Positions 36,610-47,023 of a stretch of 64,000 nt of DNA are shown piece by piece. The stretch comes from Parcubacteria bacterium C7867-005 (lineage in GTDB: Bacteria; Patescibacteriota; Minisyncoccia; Phycocordibacterales; Zambryskibacteraceae): assembly GCA_001189165.1 (NCBI GenBank), contig LFCO01000003.1, forward strand, positions 126,984-190,983, read 5' to 3'. A model generated the notes under the pieces. It had not been told where the DNA came from. It saw only the letters and a list, made by a program, of their open reading frames with translations, and made no database searches. How positions within the stretch are numbered: the stretch's first letter is position 1; every line of letters begins with the position of its first letter. Position numbers and translations under genes: made by a program.

Positions 36610-38364
36610 ATGCACATTGACGAAACTCAGCTAAAGAGTTTTATGCTTGACTCGGGTCTTGTCTCGAAAAAGGAAGTAGAAGACGCGAGTAAAGAAGCCA
36701 AGGAAAAAAATACAACGATCAGTAAGATCCTGGTCACTAAGGGCGCGCTGACTACAGACGATATCCGTCGAATGCAAGCTTATATACTCGGCATTCCCTT
36801 TGTCGACCTAAAGAATCAAAGATTGGACTTCACCGTCCTGTCTCTTATCCCAGAACCGATTGCCAGAAACCACAATATCGTTGCCTTTAGAAAAAGCGAC
36901 GAGTCTTTGGAAGTTGCCATGCTCGATACAGAAGACTTGACCGCTATCGACTTCGTCAAGAAAAAAGTCAGATTGAAAATATTGCCTCGCCTCACAGATG
37001 ATGAGTCGATGAAATGGGCACTTCTTTCTTATCAAAAGAGTTTGAAGGCAGAGTTTGGCGACATAATCCAAAAGGAAGCGGGTGCAATGAGGGCGATAAG
37101 TGATAAACCAGATGGAGAGGATGTAGCACCAGGAGACCTAAAGAAGCTGGCTGAAGATATACCAGTGGTCAGAATTGTGGATACGCTCCTCAAGCACGCG
37201 ATCATACAAGATGCTTCAGATATACATATAGAACCAGAAGAAGCACAGGTTTTGGTCAGATATAGAATAGACGGCATCCTCCACGATGCGATGGTTTTAC
37301 CCAAAAACACTGCTTCAGGCATAACTGCTCGTATAAAAGTGCTTTCTAATCTAAAACTGGATGAAAAAAGGGTACCGCAGGACGGTAGATTCAAGATAGA
37401 TATGAACGGAGAGAAGGTTTCTTTCCGTGTCTCCACTCTCCCTATTTATTATGGTGAAAAGACCGTGATGCGTCTTTTGAGGGAAAATGCTTCAGGCTTC
37501 ACCCTAGAAGGTCTTGGTTTTCATGGATCCGGGCTCGCAGATATCCATAAGGCTTTGAAATATACAACAGGAATGATCCTCACCACCGGTCCAACCGGTT
37601 CTGGTAAGACTACTACCCTCTACACCATGATAGATATTCTTAATACTCCAGATGTGAACATCTCCACTATAGAGGATCCTATCGAATATCAAATGAAGAG
37701 GATAAATCAGACACAGGTTCGCCCTGAAATCGGCTTCACTTTTGCCAACGGCCTCAGGACACTTGTGCGTCAAGATCCGGACATCATCATGGTTGGGGAA
37801 ATTAGAGATAACGAGACCGCCGCTCTATCTATAAACGCGTCTCTTACTGGGCACCTTGTCTTGTCTACCCTTCACACAAATTCTGCCGCAGGGGCCATCC
37901 CTAGATTGCTTGATATGAAAGTTGAACCGTTTCTGTTGGTGTCGACACTCGATATAGTGATTGCTCAAAGATTGATCAGAAAGCTTGGTGAAAAAAAGGA
38001 AAAATACTTCTTAAATAAAGAAGAGATAGACTCTCTGGGTAGTGTCGTTTCTCTTGATCGCATGCTTGATCTATTGAAAAAAGAAGGTTTGATTGAAAAA
38101 AATGCAAAATGGGACAAGATTCCTTTCTATAAACCAAAACCAGGACCAGACGGGGGAGACGGGTATCAGAGCCGTATAGGTATACACGAAGTATTAAAGG
38201 TTACAGAACCTATTCGTGAACTTATCATGAAGGGCGCTACAGCCAAGGCCATAGAAGAACAGGCCAAGTCTGAGGGGATGATGACTATGATAGAAGATGG
38301 TATTTTCAAATCAGTGCAGGGAGTTACTACTATAGAAGAAGTTTTGCGTGTGATATCTGAATAA
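36610..38364 (+). CDS. pilB: Type IV pilus assembly ATPase PilB (GspE family)
   Basis: N-terminal GSPII_E_N-like domain; Walker A (GPTGSGKTTTLY); Asp and His boxes. Confidence 0.9.
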   Translation: MHIDETQLKSFMLDSGLVSKKEVEDASKEAKEKNTTISKILVTKGALTTDDIRRMQAYILGIPFVDLKNQRLDFTVLSLIPEPIARNHNIVAFRKSDESLEVAMLDTEDLTAIDFVKKKVRLKILPRLTDDESMKWALLSYQKSLKAEFGDIIQKEAGAMRAISDKPDGEDVAPGDLKKLAEDIPVVRIVDTLLKHAIIQDASDIHIEPEEAQVLVRYRIDGILHDAMVLPKNTASGITARIKVLSNLKLDEKRVPQDGRFKIDMNGEKVSFRVSTLPIYYGEKTVMRLLRENASGFTLEGLGFHGSGLADIHKALKYTTGMILTTGPTGSGKTTTLYTMIDILNTPDVNISTIEDPIEYQMKRINQTQVRPEIGFTFANGLRTLVRQDPDIIMVGEIRDNETAALSINASLTGHLVLSTLHTNSAAGAIPRLLDMKVEPFLLVSTLDIVIAQRLIRKLGEKKEKYFLNKEEIDSLGSVVSLDRMLDLLKKEGLIEKNAKWDKIPFYKPKPGPDGGDGYQSRIGIHEVLKVTEPIRELIMKGATAKAIEEQAKSEGMMTMIEDGIFKSVQGVTTIEEVLRVISE

Positions 38365-38365
38365 A

Positions 38366-39580
38366 ATGACAAAGTATCTTTATAGCGCAAAAGATAAAGA
38401 AGGGAATATCTATGAAAGTACACATGAGGCACCAACTCGTGTTGAGTTATATACATTTATCAGAGATGAAGGAGGAACTGTCATTTCAGTAAAAGAATCC
38501 AAATCTGGTATATCAGTTGATTCATTTTTTGCTGGAATCTTTGGAAATATAAAAACTCACGACAAAATCCTACTTGCCAGAAACCTGGCTTCGATGGTTA
38601 AGGCTGGACTCTCTGTCACCAGAGCGCTGGGTGTCATGGAGAAGCAGACCAAAAAGAAAAAATTAAAAATCCTTTTGAGAGATCTGACTGCCGATGTTAG
38701 CCATGGTGAACCACTCTCTGAAGCAATGAAAAAACGCCCACAGGTTTTTTCTCAACTTTTTATTTCTATGGTCAGAGCAGGGGAGGAGTCTGGTAATATC
38801 GCTAACTCGCTCGAGATAGTCGCTGGTCAGATGGACAAGTCATTTGCTTTAGTCAAAAAGGTGAGAGGTGCCCTTATTTACCCCGCAGTCGTTATTTCTG
38901 CGATGGTCCTCATAGCGATTCTGATGCTTATTTATATGGTACCGACGCTGACAGCAACATTTGAGGGATTAGGAGTGAAGCTACCCGTCTCTACTAGGGT
39001 TATCATCGCATCGAGTGATTTTTTGGTTAACCATACACTCATTGTTTTTCTTGGAATTATCGCCCTCGTTATTTCTGCGATCACTTTGTTTAAAAGTGCT
39101 TTTGGTCAGAAAGTCATGGACCATGTAACTATCAGGATTCCGGTCATAGGAGCGATTGCCAAGGAGGTCCAGAGTGCGCGAACTGCTCGAACTTTATCAT
39201 CTCTGCTTTCCTCGGGAGTTGATATAGTCGTTGCCCTTGGGGTAACCATAGATGTTGTCCAAAATAGTTTATATAAAAAAATACTAAAGAAAGCTCGGAC
39301 AGCCATAGAAAAAGGGGAACCCATGTCTCTAGTTTTTATTCAAAGTGAAAATCTTTACCCAACATTTGTCGGTGAAATGATCGCGGTGGGCGAGGAAACT
39401 GGCAAGATTTCAGAAATGTTGCTTGGTGTGGCTACTTACTATGAAAATGAGGTTGAAGAAAAGACCAAAGATCTCTCAACCATCATCGAACCTGTTCTCA
39501 TGATCGTGATTGGTATCGGGGTGGGTATTTTTGCCATATCCATGCTTGCACCAACATATTCATTGGTCGACAACATCTAA
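38366..39580 (+). CDS. pilC: Type IV pilus platform protein PilC (GspF family)
   Basis: Two GspF repeats with polytopic membrane segments. Confidence 0.9.
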   Translation: MTKYLYSAKDKEGNIYESTHEAPTRVELYTFIRDEGGTVISVKESKSGISVDSFFAGIFGNIKTHDKILLARNLASMVKAGLSVTRALGVMEKQTKKKKLKILLRDLTADVSHGEPLSEAMKKRPQVFSQLFISMVRAGEESGNIANSLEIVAGQMDKSFALVKKVRGALIYPAVVISAMVLIAILMLIYMVPTLTATFEGLGVKLPVSTRVIIASSDFLVNHTLIVFLGIIALVISAITLFKSAFGQKVMDHVTIRIPVIGAIAKEVQSARTARTLSSLLSSGVDIVVALGVTIDVVQNSLYKKILKKARTAIEKGEPMSLVFIQSENLYPTFVGEMIAVGEETGKISEMLLGVATYYENEVEEKTKDLSTIIEPVLMIVIGIGVGIFAISMLAPTYSLVDNI

Positions 39581-39585
39581 ACACG

Positions 39586-40026
39586 ATGAAAAAACAAAAA
39601 GGTTTTACATTTATAGAGATTGTAGTCGGGGTCGCGGTGTTTTTGGTTTTTGCGGTGGGTGTGTATCAGGGTTATACAGCGGCATATAAAAGTATTGGCT
39701 CCTCACATACCAAGTCTTTGGCTGCTGATTTGGCCAATGAGCATTTTGAGATGATTAAAAATATGCCCTACAGTACTGTCGGTTTGATCGGAGGTAATCC
39801 GTCGGGCTTGGTTACTGCAGTACAAACAGCCGTCAGGGACGGCGCAACCTTTACCCTAACGACTGATATCCGAAATGTGGATGATCCGTTTGATTCTGTT
39901 TCACCCACCGATCCATTCCCAGCTGATTATAAGTTGGTGGAGGTTGTTATCACTTGCACAGGATGCAAAAATTTCACACCGGTTTCTGTTAACACACTAG
40001 TAGCTCCGAAGAATTTGGAAAGCTAA
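39586..40026 (+). CDS. Prepilin-type N-terminal cleavage/methylation domain pilin
   Basis: N-terminus KGFTFIEIVVGVAVF (G-F-T-x-x-E class III signal). Confidence 0.75.
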   Translation: MKKQKGFTFIEIVVGVAVFLVFAVGVYQGYTAAYKSIGSSHTKSLAADLANEHFEMIKNMPYSTVGLIGGNPSGLVTAVQTAVRDGATFTLTTDIRNVDDPFDSVSPTDPFPADYKLVEVVITCTGCKNFTPVSVNTLVAPKNLES

Positions 40027-40031
40027 TTATT

Positions 40032-40637
40032 ATGAAAAAAGGATTTAGTATAATTGAATTTTTAATCGCTGTAGCCATGTCTATTGTGGTTGTCTTCGGC
40101 ATCTCTATCGTGGCCAAGGATATAATCAGCTTAAATTCATCTGGACAAGCGAATCTCACTGCACAAATTGAAGGTAAAAAAGTTGTTAAAGTCATGGTTT
40201 CAGAATTGAGGAGAACATCCCCATCAGCTCAAGGTGGTTATCCTATTGAAACCGCGGCCACAAATACACTAACTTTCTTCGCAGATATAAATGATGACGA
40301 AAATGCCGATCGTATTAGATACTTTATAGATATTCCGACACGCACAATAAAGAGAGGGGTGGTTTTGGCGGCCGGACTGCCACCGTCTTATAACCTGGGT
40401 AATGAAAGTATCACTACCTTGATATCTAGTATTTCAAATGGTACTTCGACAGCTTTGTTCAGCTACTACAATGGTAACTATGCGGGGACTTCGAGTCCGC
40501 TTTCTGTGCCAGTCGACATACCGTCTGTTCGTTTGATAAAAATTACGGCCAAAATCGAACAAGATCCAAACCGTAGTCCAGCCATGATGACCGTCACTTC
40601 CCAAGCCTCACTAAGGAATTTGAAAGATAATTTATGA
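40032..40637 (+). CDS. Prepilin-type pilin/pseudopilin
   Basis: N-terminus KKGFSIIEFLIAVAMSIVVVF. Confidence 0.7.
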   Translation: MKKGFSIIEFLIAVAMSIVVVFGISIVAKDIISLNSSGQANLTAQIEGKKVVKVMVSELRRTSPSAQGGYPIETAATNTLTFFADINDDENADRIRYFIDIPTRTIKRGVVLAAGLPPSYNLGNESITTLISSISNGTSTALFSYYNGNYAGTSSPLSVPVDIPSVRLIKITAKIEQDPNRSPAMMTVTSQASLRNLKDNL

Positions 40638-42085
40638 TTTATAAAAAACAAAAACAATCAGGATATTTCTTGATTCAAACACTTGTGTTTGGTGCGATCG
40701 CCGTAGTTATAATCGGGGGTCTCATATCTTTTGCTATTGCTAATTCTAGACTAGCGAGGAGAAGTATTTTATCTGAACAAGCGTTTCAAACAGCAGAGGC
40801 GGGGATCGAATATTATCGTTGGCATTTAGCCCATGCGCCCACGGATTACACAAATGGTACGGGAGGCGCTGGTCCCTATGTAAAAAACTTTTACGACAAA
40901 AATAATGTACTCATCGGAACCTTTAGTTTAGCCATAACCCCTCCTGACCTAGGATCTACTTTGGTCAACATAGTATCAACTGGAGTATCCGCTGTTGATT
41001 CAAATATTTCTAGGAAGATCACAGTGCGTTTGGCTATCCCATCATTTGCGAATTTTGCCACAGTTTCTACTTCAGCCCTAAGATTCGGTGAAGGTACAGA
41101 AGTTTATGGACCAATACACTCGAACGCAGGTATTCGTTTTGATGGACTAGCTCATAATTTGGTGACTAGTTCTGTAGCAAATTATAATGATGCAGACCAC
41201 ACCGGTAACAATGAATTTGGTGTCCATACACACGTTAATCCACCACCAGGAAGTGGTATTAATGACACATTTAGAGCCCTGGAAGCTCCTCCTAGTGCTG
41301 TTCCTGTTCGAACCGATGTCTTTATAGCTGGAAGATCCTTTCCAGCTCCAGTCGTAGATTTTAGTGTGATAAACAGCGATCTAACCCAAATGAAAGTAGA
41401 TGCACAGGCAAGTGGCTTGTACTTTGCCACCTCTACAGTCTCTGGCTACAGAGTTGTTCTTAAAACAGACAATACTTTCGATGTCTATAGAGTAAACAGC
41501 CTCGTAGCTCCAGGAGCTTGTACTGGGTCAGGTACGGGTTGGGGTACTTGGAGCGTGAATGTCTCTACTCTTATGGGGAATTATGCGATACCAGCAAATG
41601 GCCTCGTTTATTTTGAAGATCATGTTTGGGTTGAAGGGATCGTCGACGGCTCCAGAATAACAATAATCGCTGCAAATCTGCCAGACACGAACAGTGCTTT
41701 GAGGAGGTCTATTACCATAAACAACGATTTACTGTATACAAACTATGATGGCCAGGATGTCGTAGCTCTTATTGCTCAAAATAACGTCAATGTTGGTCTA
41801 ATCAGTGAAGATGATATACGCATAGATGCTGCTTTGGTGGCCCAGGTAGGTAGAGTTGGTAGATTTTCCTATAATTCGAACTGTAGTCCTTACCACATAA
41901 GGTCTACACTCACTCTATATGGCACCATAGTTACTGCCCAAAGGTACGGGTTTGCTTATGTTGGTGGTCTGGGATACCAAATACGAAATCTTATATACGA
42001 CGCCTATCTTCTATACACCCCCCCTCCATCTTTCCCCGAAACATCTGATTTTTATGAGGTTATTTATTGGAAGGAATCTGAATAA
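40634..42085 (+). CDS. Large prepilin-like protein (PilX/minor pilin or tip-associated)
   Basis: N-terminus GYFLIQTLVFGAIAVVIIGG with conserved Glu+5-like Q; 483 aa. Confidence 0.6.
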   Translation: MIYKKQKQSGYFLIQTLVFGAIAVVIIGGLISFAIANSRLARRSILSEQAFQTAEAGIEYYRWHLAHAPTDYTNGTGGAGPYVKNFYDKNNVLIGTFSLAITPPDLGSTLVNIVSTGVSAVDSNISRKITVRLAIPSFANFATVSTSALRFGEGTEVYGPIHSNAGIRFDGLAHNLVTSSVANYNDADHTGNNEFGVHTHVNPPPGSGINDTFRALEAPPSAVPVRTDVFIAGRSFPAPVVDFSVINSDLTQMKVDAQASGLYFATSTVSGYRVVLKTDNTFDVYRVNSLVAPGACTGSGTGWGTWSVNVSTLMGNYAIPANGLVYFEDHVWVEGIVDGSRITIIAANLPDTNSALRRSITINNDLLYTNYDGQDVVALIAQNNVNVGLISEDDIRIDAALVAQVGRVGRFSYNSNCSPYHIRSTLTLYGTIVTAQRYGFAYVGGLGYQIRNLIYDAYLLYTPPPSFPETSDFYEVIYWKESE

Positions 42086-42111
42086 TCTCTCTCTAGTGTT
42101 ATAATATTCGG

Positions 42112-42870
42112 ATGAGTAAGAAGATACTTGTGGCAAACTGGAAAAACCACCCAGAGTCACTCGATGAAGTCAAGGTAATTCTAAAAGGACTATCCAGAAA
42201 GTCTGCAGTCTATAAAAAACTAAATTTCTTTATCGCACCTCCGCTTTCTTACCTTGAATCAGTATCGAAGGGTATAAAGAGTTTTGGCTCACTTGCATCT
42301 CAAGACATCCCTACCGTTATAGAAGGAACGCATACTGGTATTGTCTCGGTAAATATACTTAAAAATTTTGGCACCAGGCTATCTATCATTGGCCACAGCG
42401 AGAGGCGAGCAATGGGCGAGACGAACAAAGAAATTTCTTTGAAGATCAAAATAGCCCTCAAGTCAGGTATCATTCCACTCCTCTGCGTTGGTGAGTTGGT
42501 GCGAGGCAAAGAGGGGGAGCATTTTGAATTTATCAGAGAACAAATCAGGCTTTCCCTGGAGGGAATAAAGAAGGCGGATTTATATAAAAAGGTCGTTATT
42601 GCCTATGAACCAATATGGGCTATAGGTAAGAGTGCCAAAGAGGCTATCGAGCCAAAGGATTTAGAGCAGATGATAATTTTTATAAAAAAAGTTTTAACCG
42701 ATTTATTTGGAAGAGATTTGGCAGAAAATACAATGATTCTTTATGGTGGGTCAGTAGAAGCAACAAACATAGGATCAATCATGGATGTTGGAGTAGATGG
42801 ATTTTTGGTTGGACATGCGTCGCTTGAGGCGGGATCATTAAATAGTATCGCTTCGAGTTTAATTTCTTAA
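42112..42870 (+). CDS. tpiA: Triosephosphate isomerase
   Basis: ANWKNH, IGHSERR, YEPIWAIG, ILYGGSV motifs. Confidence 0.9.
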   Translation: MSKKILVANWKNHPESLDEVKVILKGLSRKSAVYKKLNFFIAPPLSYLESVSKGIKSFGSLASQDIPTVIEGTHTGIVSVNILKNFGTRLSIIGHSERRAMGETNKEISLKIKIALKSGIIPLLCVGELVRGKEGEHFEFIREQIRLSLEGIKKADLYKKVVIAYEPIWAIGKSAKEAIEPKDLEQMIIFIKKVLTDLFGRDLAENTMILYGGSVEATNIGSIMDVGVDGFLVGHASLEAGSLNSIASSLIS

Positions 42871-42871
42871 A

Positions 42872-43954
42872 ATGGATTTCAAAACGATTCTTGAAGCGGG
42901 TGATTTGAGAGGGAAGAGAGTGCTCGTCCGCGTGGATTGGAATGTTCCTATAGAAGATGGTGTGGTTACAGATGATTTTCGCATAACTCAATCTTTACCA
43001 ACAATCGAGTATTTGATAAGAGCCGGAGCAAAAATAGTTTTGATAAGTCATCTGGGTAATAAGGGAGCAAGCCTAAAACCAGTTTTTGAATGTGCTAAAA
43101 CCATGATCCCAAATCTAACATTTGGTGGAGATGGAGATATAACTCTGCTTGAAAACTTGAGGGACAACGAAGGAGAGGAAAAAAACACCAGAGATTTCGC
43201 GCTAGAGCTCTCAAAATATGGTGACTTGTTTGTAAACGAAGCGTTCTCTGTGTCTCATAGAGAGCATGCTTCTATTGTGGGTGTGCCAAAGCTTTTGCCC
43301 AGCTTCGCAGGGCTCTTATTTGGTAAGGAAGTAAAAAGTCTGTCCAGAGCCTTTTACCCCAAACACCCCTTCCTGTTTATTTTAGGCGGAGCCAAATTTG
43401 ATACCAAACTTCCATTGATCGATAAGTTTATGGGGGTGGCTGATTCGTTGTTTGTAGGAGGAGCACTCGCCCATAATTTTTTTAGAGAATTGGGTAAAAA
43501 CTTGGGCAAGTCGCTTGTTTCTCCTGGAGATTTTGATCTGGAATCAAAGTATCAGTCTGGCAAGATTATGCTACCCGATGATGTTGTGGTGGAAAATGAG
43601 GCAGGATCAAGCGTTGAGGATGTCGATTCTATGAAAGACAATGACATGATTATGGACGCCGGGCCAAAATCTATAAACCAACTAAAATCCAAGATAGCCG
43701 AAGCTCAGTTTATTTTATGGAACGGTCCTTTGGGGAATTATGAGCTGGGGTATAAAGAAGCCACTCATTCTTTGGCTAAAATACTTTCACAGAGTAACAA
43801 AGAAGTGATTGTCGGTGGTGCAGATACGATCGCATGCATAAAAGAACTTGGTCTATATGAGAAATTCTCCTTCGTGTCTACCGGAGGAGGGGCTATGCTC
43901 GATTTCTTGGCCAATGGCAGCTTGCCCGGGATAGAGTCTCTTAAGAGACCATAA
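42872..43954 (+). CDS. pgk: Phosphoglycerate kinase (short form)
   Basis: RVDWNVP, ISHLG, hinge and C-terminal GGGA motifs. Confidence 0.9.
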   Translation: MDFKTILEAGDLRGKRVLVRVDWNVPIEDGVVTDDFRITQSLPTIEYLIRAGAKIVLISHLGNKGASLKPVFECAKTMIPNLTFGGDGDITLLENLRDNEGEEKNTRDFALELSKYGDLFVNEAFSVSHREHASIVGVPKLLPSFAGLLFGKEVKSLSRAFYPKHPFLFILGGAKFDTKLPLIDKFMGVADSLFVGGALAHNFFRELGKNLGKSLVSPGDFDLESKYQSGKIMLPDDVVVENEAGSSVEDVDSMKDNDMIMDAGPKSINQLKSKIAEAQFILWNGPLGNYELGYKEATHSLAKILSQSNKEVIVGGADTIACIKELGLYEKFSFVSTGGGAMLDFLANGSLPGIESLKRP

Positions 43955-44354
43955 GGTTTTTTATCTTTTCTGCTGCATCGACGATTTCTTCTTTGGTGTG
44001 TTTGTCGCCGTGCCAGTGAGTAAATCCATCTCCTTCAAATCTGGGGATGATATGTATGTGTGAGTGGAAGATTATTTGCCCAGCTTCTTTACCATTATTC
44101 ATATGGATATTAACCCCATCTGCACTCAAGGCAGATTTTAGGGCTACGGATATTTTTTGAGCGACCAGTATCATCTTCGACATATTGTCACTTTCCGTAT
44201 CGAAGATATTTGTAGAGTGTTTTTTGGGCACAACTAAGGTATGACCAAGATTAACTGGTGTGGTATCTGCGAAAGCCAGAGTTTCGCAGTCCTCATATAC
44301 AACACTTGCTAAGATTTCCCTATTTATGATTTTGCAGAATATACAGTCAGACAT
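43941..44354 (-). CDS. HIT-family (histidine triad) protein
   Basis: CIFCKII...HSHIHIIPR; start at internal Met, 1 nt after the upstream stop. Confidence 0.85.
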   Translation of the reverse strand: MSDCIFCKIINREILASVVYEDCETLAFADTTPVNLGHTLVVPKKHSTNIFDTESDNMSKMILVAQKISVALKSALSADGVNIHMNNGKEAGQIIFHSHIHIIPRFEGDGFTHWHGDKHTKEEIVDAAEKIKNLMVS

Positions 44355-44355
44355 T

Positions 44356-45321
44356 TTAGTAAGAGTTCGTGTTGACCAAGCGTCCATCGGCGTCATATAG
44401 AAAGATGGTCTCATCTTCTTCGTCCCACATTTCCCAGTCTCTGTCGAGGAAGATTCGCCAGCCCCTTAGATTAAAATCTTTGTCATTCTGGTGATTATTG
44501 ACACAGCCTAAGTAGCTATAGTGAGACTTAATGAAGGCTACGCACGCATTAGACAAACCGTCCTCTCCATCGACGCAACCACGACATTTTTCACCATCTA
44601 TATCTAACCCATCGTATTCGGGTGTATGACACGAAGAAAAATTCTCTATAAAATCTTTGCACTTACCGTCCAGACTATCAAATCCAGGCTCCCTAGTTGG
44701 AACCGGGCAGTTACTTTGGATTGGAGGATTAAACTCATATTCTGGCAAGTTTTCTAAGTAGCCGGAGCATTTGTTTTCTTTGAAGCTCGTGATCTTATAA
44801 GGTATATTCTGCCCAATTGAACCAGAAGACACTATGGCCTCGTCGCCACTTTTTAGAACAATATCTGAAAATAAGTTGTATCCGGTTCCTGTGAATAAGG
44901 ATACTGCTTTGGGGATATAAGCTATGTCTGCATTAAAGTTTTTTAGGTTGCCGCTAACTTCGTAAGTTTTTGAATCTTTGGAGTTTTTTAGTTTCCATCC
45001 ATTGATGTTTATGTTCTCCTCTCCTCTGTTTTCAATCATGATGTACTCATCTTTTGGTTGGTATTCGTATGAAGCATTACCAGTACTGATACTTATATTT
45101 TTGGAATACGGAGAATTGTACCCATACTCTAACCCATAGTTGTTCCTCTCTGTCCTCCAAGAGAGGTTGTTATCACCAAAAGACAAGAAACTTCTTGATG
45201 GTCCTGGGCTGTTTTTAGGTAGTATGAAGACAAATATGATCAGACAGAGAGCAAGGAGGATCATGATACCTTCATTGAACTCACCTCGTTGATGGTTTTT
45301 CATAGATTCATCATAATACAA
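44356..45321 (-). CDS. Membrane-anchored protein with two lamin-tail-domain-like (LTD) segments and a Cys-rich region
   Basis: TM helix; INGWKLKNSKD...GDEAIVSSG and FNLRGWRIFLDRD...IFLYDADGRLV resemble LTD motifs; 11 Cys in the C-terminal half. Confidence 0.55.
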   Translation of the reverse strand: MYYDESMKNHQRGEFNEGIMILLALCLIIFVFILPKNSPGPSRSFLSFGDNNLSWRTERNNYGLEYGYNSPYSKNISISTGNASYEYQPKDEYIMIENRGEENININGWKLKNSKDSKTYEVSGNLKNFNADIAYIPKAVSLFTGTGYNLFSDIVLKSGDEAIVSSGSIGQNIPYKITSFKENKCSGYLENLPEYEFNPPIQSNCPVPTREPGFDSLDGKCKDFIENFSSCHTPEYDGLDIDGEKCRGCVDGEDGLSNACVAFIKSHYSYLGCVNNHQNDKDFNLRGWRIFLDRDWEMWDEEDETIFLYDADGRLVNTNSY

Positions 45322-45352
45322 GAGAAGAATAACCGCATGCTAGAATGGCCAG

Positions 45353-47023
45353 ATGTCTAAAGCTTACTTTCCAGAGATTTTTGAAGCTTTGAGAAAACAA
45401 AGAGGTCTTTCGCTTGAATCTATGGAAGAGTTTCTGAGCCCAAGCTATGACAAATTGCATGACCCAATGTTATTGCCTGACATGGAGAAGGCACGAGATC
45501 GGGTTATCAAAGCCATAAATGAGAATGAACACATCGTAGTGTTCTCAGACTATGACGCAGATGGTATCCCTGGCGCGGTGGTTATGTCTGATTTTTTCTC
45601 TAGAGCCAAGTATGAGAATGTGTCTTTCTATATACCCCATAGGCATGATGAGGGATTCGGTTTGAATAAAGATGCAGTAGAAGAGATAGTCCTACGCGGA
45701 GCAAAGCTTCTAATCACCGTCGATTGCGGTGTGGCTGATTTGGATGAAGTGGCTCAAGCACAAAAAGCCGGGGTGGACGTCATCATCACTGACCATCACG
45801 AACAAAAAGAAAAACTCCCCAAAGCATTCGCAGTAGTTAATCCAAAAAGAAAAGATTCAAAGTATCCATTCAAGGAAATTTGCGGTTCCGCGGTGGCTTA
45901 TAAACTGGTCCAGGCAGTTTTGGCTAAGGAAGAATCCGCCAGCTGGCGGATCGGGATCAAACCAGGGATGGAGAAGTGGTCCTTAGATATGGTTGGTATA
46001 GCCACTCTCTCAGACATGGTTCCCCTTGTAGATGAGAATAGAATATTCGCCAAATATGGTTTGGATGTGTTGAGGAAGGCTACGAGACCTGGCCTAGTCG
46101 CTTTGTTTAGAAAACTGAATATGAATCAGAAATACCTGACAGAGGATGATGTGGCTTTTATGATCACCCCACGAATCAATGCTGCTTCGAGGATGGGTAA
46201 ACCAGAAGATGCTTTTAATTTATTAAAAACCAATAATATATTAGAAGCAGATAAACTCGCAGATCATCTTGAAAAAATAAATAATGAACGCAAGGGCATC
46301 GTCGCCTCACTTGTCAAAGAGGCCAAATCAGAAATGGCACTAAGAGAATCAGTGTCAGAAGTTATTTTTATCGGTAACCCTGATTGGAGGCCGTCCCTCT
46401 TGGGTTTGGTGGCTAATTCGTTGGTCGAAGAATATTCGCGTCCAGTTTTTGTTTGGGGGAGGGATGGGGACGGGGTGCTCAAGGGGTCCTGCAGGTCGTA
46501 CGATGGAATTAATCTCTACTTGCTGATGGATGGGGTCAAAGAATATTTTGTGGAGTACGGTGGCCATGGTGGAGCGGGAGGATTCTCTATTACTCTTGAA
46601 AATATTTCTAATATAGAACCAGCTCTTTCTAAGTTTGTAAAAACTTTGGACACCAAACGAACCATAGAAGACGATAATACTGCCATATCCATCACTCTCG
46701 ATGAAGTGGGGGAGAGTTTGTGGTCGACGATATCCTCCTTTGCTCCGTTTGGGATGTCGAATCCAAAGCCGCTCTTCAAGATGTCTAATGTAGAAATACA
46801 CTCTGCTAAGAATTTTGGTAAAACCGGTAACCACCTCGAGGTGGTAGTGAGGTCAGAAAAGAATAAGACTATCAAAGCTATCTCATTCTTTAATACTATA
46901 GAGAGTGTTGGTACGCCCCTTGCTCCTGGTTCTAGGGCAAACCTCGGTGCTTACCTCGAAAAATCCTATTTCAGAAACCGTCCAGAGCTAAGACTCCGAA
47001 TTGTTGATATTATGAGTTTATGA
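45353..47023 (+). CDS. recJ: Single-stranded-DNA-specific exonuclease RecJ
   Basis: DHH motifs (VFSDYDADGIPG; ITDHH) and DHHA1-like C-terminus. Confidence 0.9.
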   Translation: MSKAYFPEIFEALRKQRGLSLESMEEFLSPSYDKLHDPMLLPDMEKARDRVIKAINENEHIVVFSDYDADGIPGAVVMSDFFSRAKYENVSFYIPHRHDEGFGLNKDAVEEIVLRGAKLLITVDCGVADLDEVAQAQKAGVDVIITDHHEQKEKLPKAFAVVNPKRKDSKYPFKEICGSAVAYKLVQAVLAKEESASWRIGIKPGMEKWSLDMVGIATLSDMVPLVDENRIFAKYGLDVLRKATRPGLVALFRKLNMNQKYLTEDDVAFMITPRINAASRMGKPEDAFNLLKTNNILEADKLADHLEKINNERKGIVASLVKEAKSEMALRESVSEVIFIGNPDWRPSLLGLVANSLVEEYSRPVFVWGRDGDGVLKGSCRSYDGINLYLLMDGVKEYFVEYGGHGGAGGFSITLENISNIEPALSKFVKTLDTKRTIEDDNTAISITLDEVGESLWSTISSFAPFGMSNPKPLFKMSNVEIHSAKNFGKTGNHLEVVVRSEKNKTIKAISFFNTIESVGTPLAPGSRANLGAYLEKSYFRNRPELRLRIVDIMSL

